A stretch of 59,448 bases of DNA, filler included, from Jimgerdemannia flammicorona (lineage: Eukaryota): NCBI GenBank assembly GCA_003990765.1. It is 3 parts of 3 records of this genome, joined end to end, with 100 filler letters (N's around TTAATTAATTAA, not from the genome) between each part and the next. Parts side by side here need not be neighbours in the genome. Positions count along the whole stretch, not along the records: positions 39,701 to 59,448 come from RBNJ01001860.1; 2 more parts are not named here. One strand, given 5' to 3'. Under the pieces are notes generated by a model. It did no database searches. It was not told the origin of the DNA and worked only from the letters and a program-made list of their open reading frames with translations. Positions 51,701 to 59,448 of the stretch are shown here, in pieces; positions within the stretch are counted from its first letter, which is position 1; each line of letters opens with the position of its first letter. A program made the position numbers and the translations under genes.

Positions 51701-52879
51701 TTTTTTTGTTTTATGGACTCATGTCCCACAGATTTTTATTGGAAGGGAACCTAGACTATATAGGCCAAAACCCTCCCCCACCACCCACCAAGCACTGCCC
51801 CCCCATTAACCTAGGCTAGCTATTGTCCAGCAGCTCAACTATGCCAGGCGCAGCAGGGCTGATAAGCCCGCACCTCATTCTGCGCACCATGCTCTCCCTA
51901 CCACCAGGGGAAACCCAACCATATGCCAACGACTGAAAGTGCATGCCTGAGAACCCAACGTATGTACAAGGCCACGCCCGAGCCGAATAGAATAGCCCCT
52001 GCCACCCCAAAGAGAATGACAGGCAAAGAAAAAACCCTCATCAAAGTATAACACGGTGGGTAGGGCCTGGTTCTCCCAGTTGAGGTGAGTAAAGGACTTA
52101 TACGTGAGGCGGGAGGAAACCCCCAATACCCCACTACTCAAGTCTGTGGGCCTCGATCACATTGCCGTATCAGCTCCCGGTTCTAGTTGAGTGCAGCCAA
52201 GACACCTGAAATGGGTAGCCTCGGGCCCCCCGACCCCCTCTGACGACTGGGGCCTCATCCCGCTACCCGCCAAAAGAAGCCGAGAGTGTCACCTACCACC
52301 TAACCACGCCGCACCAATCAAAAGGCCCCACCGAAGCAGCACCTGCCCCAGCCCCAATGACCGCCCCCAGCCTGGCACCCTACTGGTTCACCGTAATCGC
52401 CCTTCCGCCTATCTGTGACGGCCATCTCCCCTCCCATCCTGACAACACCCAAAAAGCAGTCACCTATGCCAGAACCGCGCTCGCTGGGAAGCTCACCAAA
52501 GCCAGAGGGCCCCACCACAGGCACCGAGGACCTGCAGGTAACCTACACTGAGCACTTGACGCCCAAGGTCGGCTGACTCCCTACGTAGCCCGAGACACAC
52601 CGAGACAACTCCTTGTTGGCGACGGCAAAAGGAAGAAGGCGCCGCACCAAAACGGGTACACTCCAGATGCAGCTGAAGGCACCAGAATCTACGAAAAAGT
52701 GGAGGAAGCACTGATCCGACACCGATAAAGGGGCAACTCATCACTATTGCCCTCCTCCCACCATGCCCCTACAGGCACAGCAAACCAACCCAAGGTAGAG
52801 GGGGTAATATTAGGGGAAAGGGGACTTGGAAGGTCGCCTACCAAACCTTGTGACCAGTAAGGTAGCAGAGAAAGGAGCC
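51701..52879 (-). mobile_element. SINE-like retroposon copy 3 (1179 bp, least decayed)
   Basis: Perfect 17-bp TSD GAGGGAGTATTTATACT (51684-51700, 52880-52896), A-rich tail after AATAAA, many CpGs retained. Confidence 0.92.
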
Positions 52880-53083
52880 GAGGGAGTATTTATACTAGTG
52901 AGGGGCTATCTGGACTATGCTAGATATGGATGTAACACTAAGTGCTTTGCTGAGTTGGAATGCAGTCACATAGTACAAGTGTGATCTGATATGTCAAGAG
53001 ATCATCTGACTGTTGAGTCAGTTCACAGTCACATCATACAAGACTAATCTAACTATACTATGACTGCTAGGCTATTTATGGGT

Positions 53084-54180
53084 TTAGACACTATCTGGGT
53101 AGTTCTCGATGATATCACCATCAATAACATCATCTCTGATGAAGTAGTCATCTAGAAAGAGTGGTTCACAGATTACTTCTCCTTGTTCACTGAGGTAGTA
53201 ATATATTGGGACTTTGTCTCTATCTTACAGGATAGCATCATCTATCTCGTAGGCTGATAAGGTGTTGGTGGGCGAAGGATGGGTATATTGTCTTCACTTT
53301 CATTGGATTTGCTATCTGTGTACCTTCTATAGGTTACAGTACTATGAGTTGCAGGATTGTAGTAAGCTGGTGGCTGTGGTTCATGTCACTCATACTCAGG
53401 TGGTGGAGTGGTTGGTTCGATTTCGAGGGTTATCTGAAGGTACAGGTTGTGTTCTCTGGTCTCTTTATTATAGTTGAAGTAATTGGGAGTAAATACGGGT
53501 TGATATTCATACTAGTGGTCATTGTCCCAATAAGTCTTGTATGAAGTTATGAACTGTTGTAAGTTCATCAGCAAGGTTGGCAGAGTGATCAGGGTTGGCA
53601 GAGATCCTTGGCTAGAGGTCATGTTGGTATCAGAGAGATCATTGTCTTCTGCTTTGTCTTTATCGAAGTGGATTATACCGTAGATGTCTTTCATGGCATA
53701 TCTAACTTGGGGTATTTGTAGGATGTGATCATTGGGGTGTGGGAAGGTTCTGTCTGTGGTTTCGACATACTCAAGGTACTTCTGGTTGAGTTCTTATATC
53801 ATGTCATCAATTTGGCCATAGGACAGGGTAGCAATCATTTCACTGGTAGTAACTTGGAGGTGGGGAATAATGGTACTGTACTCATAGAAGAGTTCTCGAT
53901 ATTTGCAGGCAATGAGCTTCTGGTATTGAGACATCTGGGTAATGTCTGTATCATGGTAGTGTTCGACCATGTCTTCCAGGAGGCGGCTGATCTGGTAGTA
54001 GCTTGAGATTTGTCCGATTCAGTGGGCCTTGCTAAGCATATTCAGGGCATTCTATTGGGCTTCCACAAAGTAGAGGGGTGCTAGGCTATGGATATTCATA
54101 AGGGGCAGAGGAGGTGTGGCTCGGTTGACAATGGCATTCCAAATGTCAGTGCAAATATAGATATAGATCTTGGTGGTCAT
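53084..54180 (-). pseudogene. LTR-encoded ORF of family C (stops and one frameshift)
   Basis: Manual translation from the ATG at 54180: IWNAIVNRA...YYQISRLL...IACKYRELFYEYSTIIPHLQVTTSEMIATLS. Confidence 0.65.
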
Positions 54181-54886
54181 GTTTGTGTATTTGGAAGTTG
54201 TGGTTATTGTTTGTTTTGGTTCTCTGATTCAATGTGTCTTGGTGTTCAAGTATATATACATTTGGTCCTGATTGGTAAGATTCTGTTTGTATAAACCTTG
54301 TGTTCTGTGACTTCGTATTGACTCAGCTTTGTGTGCTGTGACTTTGGTTTGACTCAGCTTCATGATCAAGCAGATGATTTCCAGATTTGTTCAGAGGTCG
54401 TGTGAGATTTCAGTGGCTTGTTCAGAGGGTGATATGTAATTTCGGTGGCTTAGAGGTTGTGTGCTTACAGAACTGCTTCAATAGCAAATTTGTCACATCA
54501 GTAATAATAGTAAATTTCAAACTTAGATCTATATTATACAGAACTAGAATATAGGTCAGATAGTTCTTGAGTTCTTAGAAGAAAAGAGATCTCAGATATA
54601 GGATATATAGTGATCAGAGTGAGAGATCTTCCTTATGAGATTAGTCAGTGGCTCAGCAATATCAGAGAAGTTTCTGATAAAGTAATAATAGTAGTTAGCT
54701 AGACCAAGAAAGGACTAAAGTTCTATGAGATTTAATAGAATAGACTATTTTTAAATTATCTTTATCTTATATAGATCTATTTGAATTCTTTATACAGAGA
54801 CAATATGATCAAGATATTTGACTTGTTTTTTGAAGAATTCATATTTCTTGAGCTTTGTATAAAGCTTATATTTTTATAAGATCTCT

Positions 54887-55540
54887 TTTTTTTTTTTTTT
54901 TTGAGTCAAATATATATGCTTTATTGCTATCTCCAAATCATAAGTGCAGTACCTCCATCAGGGGAGCAAGGAGGATACTGTATATATTTCTCATTGAAAA
55001 TAATACTTTCATAATTATGAGGGTTTTGCATTATATTACACCTTTACAAGTCTTCCTCTCTCTCCTGCTCTGACTCGGCATGCACTGATATATAAGAGGC
55101 AGACTGGTCCAGCATTTGCTCAAAGGCCGGGTCCATTGGATATCTGAACCAGACAACCTTGTTCTTGAGGATAAAAGCTATTGGAATACTACTGGCTTTG
55201 GATGGGACAAAGAGAGCATTGTGAGTAGACTATTCCAAGTTAATGGTGATAGTATAGTCCATCTTATCACCCATGTCTTCAATGAAGTTTTCACTGTATT
55301 CTTATTCTGCTCATTTGTCATGCCCATGATTGTCACATCCTTGGTCTTGTATTTGTATGCTACCTGGAATACTCATACAGTATGGTGAGCACCATATTAC
55401 TCAAAACTCTACTATCAATACCTTGTTCTTCCCCTCTTCAATGGGGCTACAATGACAAATTCTTCACCCTTGATGAACTTGAGGCCTTTTAGAGACTGGA
55501 TGATAGTGCTGATCATTTTTCTTTCTTTGCTTAGTTCTTG
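54887..55540 (-). pseudogene. Processed pseudogene (retrocopy) of a TlpA-like thioredoxin/redoxin
   Basis: Poly(A), AATAAA, and a perfect 17-bp TSD ATTTTTATAAGATCTCT (54870-54886, 55541-55557). Decayed reading LKFIKGE...VEF[W]A[TW]C[PPC]..SIP...IMGMTNE...MGDKMDY...IPIAFI...VVWFRYPM. Confidence 0.85.
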
Positions 55541-56674
55541 ATTTTTATAAGATCTCTAGAACTACTTAGATATACTTGAGATATTCTTCTTTAGTTATAT
55601 ATACTAAAGATCAAAATATCATCAAGATATACTAATAAGAAGATAAATAGTTAGTTCTTGAATATATTATTCATGAGTCTAGAATATAGTAGGTGTATTG
55701 ATAAGACTAAATACTAGAACTAGAAATTTATAAAGTCTAAAGAGAGTTATAAATATAGTCTTGGAGATATCTTCTGGCTTAATTCAGATTTAGTGATAAT
55801 CTGATATAAGGTTCAGCTTAGTGAAGTACTTAGTATTCTTAAGAGCATCAAAAATTTGATCAATTAAGAGTAGTAGATATTAATTCTTAACTATAAGCTT
55901 GTTAAGTGCTTAATAGTCTATATATATTTACAGGATACTATTCTTTTTCTTGATAAATAGAACTAGTGAGTCATAGGGAGACTTGCTTAGTTAAATAGCT
56001 CTTCTTATAAGTAACTCTTTTAGTTCCTTCTTGACTACTTTGATCTTAAGAGATAATATATGATATATATATTTCTTGAGTAGTATAGCTTCTAAGATTA
56101 GTTCAATTTCATGATCAACTTCTTGTATAGGAGATAGGCCAGATAGTTTGTCTGGAAAGATATTTTTGAATTCTTCAAATAATAACTTGACACTTTTATT
56201 AATTGATAGTTTCTTATCTTACTTCTTGAAACAGACTATTATAACAAAAGTATATACTGTTTTCTTGAGTACTTTCTTATACTATATTACTGATAGTATT
56301 GCAATCTGGGTTTTATTTATAGGCTTGTCTGTCTTGATAGTGATATTGACTCTTTCTTAAAGTAGAGTATCTTTATTCTTATATTAATCAATATTCAGAT
56401 TATATTTGATAAACCAGAATTTTCTTAAGATTAAATCATGATCTTCTAGTAGTACAACCTCAAGATATACTTGTTCCTAATATTTCTGAATCTTGATGGG
56501 TAGTTTGGCTACAATTGACTCAATAGAATATAGTATACTATTTATAGTTACTATATCATTATTCTTAGGTATAGGCTTAGTGAGAATCTTGAGGTTTTTG
56601 ATGAGATTCTAGTTGATGAAGTTTTCTATAGCTCTATTGTCTATGAGTACTTAAACTTTTTTTTCTTTAACTAT

Positions 56675-59431
56675 TGTCATGTAGTAGTCACTAAGTCCTT
56701 TAAATATACCAGATTCTCTTCAAGATATATCTCTTAGACTAACTCAAGTTTGTTATAAGCAAGTTCTTATTAGAGTACCTTCCCAAGGTCTTATAGTCCT
56801 CAAACCTCTTATCTTTAAACTGTCTTGTTATCTCTTAGATTGCTTGCAAGGAAGTATATATAAGTGAAATCAGAACTTACTTTATTTCAGAGGAAATAAG
56901 AGGGGTATTTATATAAAATATAATTCAATGGTTGCTAAGATATAAAGCTAAATATAAATTCCAATAACTAAAACTACTAAGTTCCAGAGTCGGCACTGAT
57001 GGTTGTACAGATTCAGGATACTGGTATAATTCAGTATCATATCAGAATACTGGTACTGGAATAATTTTGCATCACCTCAGAATACCAGTGCTGGTATTAT
57101 CCAGTGTAACAAAGAACTTAGAGCAGAAAGTTCAGGACTATGGGGGCTTCATCCTCATCATCATCATCACTGAAGGAGATGAGATCCACAAATTTATCAT
57201 TTTTGTATACTTCGATATCATGCAGGATGACATCATCACCAATGACATCATCACCAATGACATCATCACATTTGGCAGTGGGAAAATCGGAAACAAGATC
57301 TGGAGCTCTCCAGTCTATGAGGTTCTCTTCCACAAAATAGAGGACAAATGTGGGGTCTTGGAGAGATCTAACCTGAATACTTGGGCCTTAGAATACTGAG
57401 ATCAACCCTTGCAGAAATTGGTCTGGGTTGTCCTGGAGGATAGGGTGCCAGAAGTCTTCTACTTCATCACTATAGTAGACTGGGCTTCTGTAGCCACTCT
57501 GGCTTCTAGTACATTGATACAGCAGGATGATAGGTCTCTGAAATCTGAGACTCTAACATACTCTAAGTTGGGAATTGATCATGATATATGTCTGAAGATC
57601 TGATAGATCTTCTTAGTTATCCTTGTTTCATATATATCTATGGGAGTGGCATCTTGTAGCTCTTGAGTGCTGGCCTATGGGAACTTCTGGCAGAGGAGAT
57701 TTCCTATTTCATATTTCTGCCACATTTGGAGGCATTCAGTAGCAATGGTGATCCTTGTTCCATTTCATAGCAGTAGAGAATAAAGTGATAGAGGTCTGCA
57801 GTACCTAGATTAATACTAAGAGTCCTTCTTGAGTAGGTCCTCATGGCTCTTCTGATGCCTTGGAATATCCTTTCTTCGACTGAGATACCTTGGTGGTTTC
57901 TTGACCTTGAGGTTTGGCAGGCAGCAGGTATTTCATTTATGGTAAGTCTTTGAGCTATTTTGGAATTGATGGTTCTTGTTGATTGCTGCTACTGCAGTTC
58001 CTTGATCCTTCTTTTATATTCTTCAGGATGCTTGTACTGTGGTCACAATGACTCACAGTTGGTCATCATTGCTCATCTCATATGCCATATGATCTTCTTG
58101 TGTTCCGATCTGATGGCTTGCAAGGAAAGGCTGTCTCCTGTGCTGATGTCATTATTCTGAGGCTACCATTATATCTTCCTCCTGAATAAGGATCTTCCTG
58201 AGCATCCTTATTCATTAGTCCAGTCCTGAAAAATTTGCTGATCCCATAACCTCTGGCAAGGGGTCAAAAAGTGGTGTTTATGGGCTAATATCTTCCCTTT
58301 GTATTTTGGTATGATGGTGAAGGATCACTCTCTTTATATAGAGCAAGGGCCTGATTCTGATCTTGACCAATCAGTTGATAGTTCAAACTCCTCTGACTTC
58401 GAAAGTCTCACAGATGAGTAGTTGCCAGTACCATATCCCTTAGAGAATGGTCCAGACAGATAGCCTGCTGGTCATGGGACATGCTGTTATGATTCGCAGA
58501 CTAGAACCTCATGGGCAATCATCATATTTTGCTTCTCTTGTATAGGTTTGTGGTACTTCTTGAGTCTGTTTCTATGTACTGTAGTAGGCAGTATGGTCCC
58601 TGAGATTTTTCTAAGCCAGAAGGTGGTTCCCTTGATATCTTGCATATAGAAGGGTTCTTCCCATTTGGGCTCCAGTTTTTATGACCATGAGGCTTTTATC
58701 ATATTTTGATACAGTAGAACCTTTTCTCCAATTCAGATGGGTTCTAGAGCCTTGTGATTCTTTTCCACATTCTTCCTTGTCAGTGCTTATGACTTGGTGA
58801 TATAATCTTCAGCCTTCTTCCTGATTTAATATAGTCTCTGGATTTCTGCATCAACCTATCTCCAAGTTAGATCTAGATTCATGGCTGAGGTTTCATTAGA
58901 ATCTTCTTCTCCGAAGAGCAGCTCTCTTGGGATAAAGTGTATGCTCTGTGACTATATGTCTCATAGGACAGAGAGGGCAGTTGGGAGATAGTTATCCCAA
59001 TTCTCATATGTCTCTGAGATCTTCACTAGGATGTTCTTAAGGGTCTTGTTGGTTCTCTCTATCTGTCCATTTTCTTAAGGGTGGTATGCAGTGGTCTTGA
59101 TGTACTGAATCTTATATTTCTGATACATTATCTCATGGAATCCATTGACAAATTCTGTTCCACAGTCTGTTGTGATTTGCTTGGTGTCTTGTAGTGGTAG
59201 ATTATTTCTCAGTACAGGAAGTCAACTATAGAGAGGGCATTGGCTTCTTGTAATGCTCCTGCCTCTATTCATTTGGTGAAGAGGTCTACAATAACTATAA
59301 TATAGCAGTTTTCTGATAGTGTTACTGGTAGTAGTCCAATGATATCTATTGTGATGTGGTGGAAGGGGATAGGCTCAATTCTTGATGAACTGGGTACCTG
59401 GTCTTATTGATCTTGTTTCTGTTTTTGGTAC
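56675..59431 (-). mobile_element. Gypsy-B copy, 3' part: 3' LTR 56675-58173 (decayed ORF ~57118-57931), PPT, integrase
   Basis: Reverse-complement match to 32110-34916. PPT AGGAGGAAGA at 58174-58183. Cut by a poly-T tract at the contig end. Confidence 0.92.
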
Positions 59432-59448
59432 TTTTTTTTTTTTTTTTT

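Larger units (their letters stand above)
51462..54497 (-). repeat. Solo LTR of a third long-LTR family (C; ~1.84 kb without the SINE-like insert)
   Basis: Minus-strand termini TGTGACA...CGATACA. 4-bp TSD TTAG/TCAG. ORF, TATA box and AATAAA in the same order as in LTR-A and LTR-B. Confidence 0.75.
51212..54540. repeat. Short (~290 bp) putative solo LTR (family D), split by LTR-C
   Basis: TGTAAG...TATACA termini and GAACT on both flanks. The host pol lacks ~25 codons at this point, so the 5-mer could be microhomology instead of a TSD. Confidence 0.55.
48770..56674 (-). mobile_element. Heavily decayed chromovirus (Ty3/Gypsy with chromodomain), host of nested insertions; left boundary approximate
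   Basis: Protease VLIDNRAIENFI at ~56620-56650. RT/connection SFLGLANYY at ~54700. RNase H at ~51000-51210. Integrase. Chromodomain EYKVKKIF...YLIKWMSY...TT*ELLVNL at ~49530-49670. PPT at 49192-49202; the LTR starts at 49191. Confidence 0.8.

Noticed and set aside
52238..52290. Hammerhead core CTGACGA
   Set aside because: It is antisense to the element, and there is no GAAA after a stem II.
52575..52879. HDV-like ribozyme fold at the 5' end of the SINE-like element (GGCTCCT can pair with AGGAGTT)
   Set aside because: L3/P1.1 and J4/2 do not fit the consensus. Not supportable without a covariance search.

Overview
The window is not one locus. It is three unrelated contigs (1-19751, 19852-39600, 39701-59448; 19751, 19749 and 19748 bp) joined by 100-nt N44-TTAATTAATTAA-N44 spacers. 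The source looks like a repeat-rich, intron-rich fungus; an early-diverging (Mucoromycota-like) lineage is my inference only. Contig 1 is a nest of non-LTR retroelements: an L1/Tx1-like LINE (LINE-A), a second AP-endonuclease LINE (LINE-B) in head-to-tail copies joined by TTAGGG-type repeats, and a 1.2-kb non-coding poly(A) retroposon. Contig 2 holds two Ty3/Gypsy families with very long LTRs; one carries a dUTPase. Contig 3 has a CpG-rich gene island (UPF0652/DUF2009 gene, M1 aminopeptidase) followed by a decayed chromovirus filled with nested insertions, including a processed TlpA-like thioredoxin pseudogene. Main candidates for novelty: (1) three different LTR families each encode a protein inside U3, clearly homologous between A and B and more distantly in C; (2) LINE-B looks like a telomere-repeat-associated tandem retrotransposon. 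All alignments and translations were done by eye, and no database searches were run.
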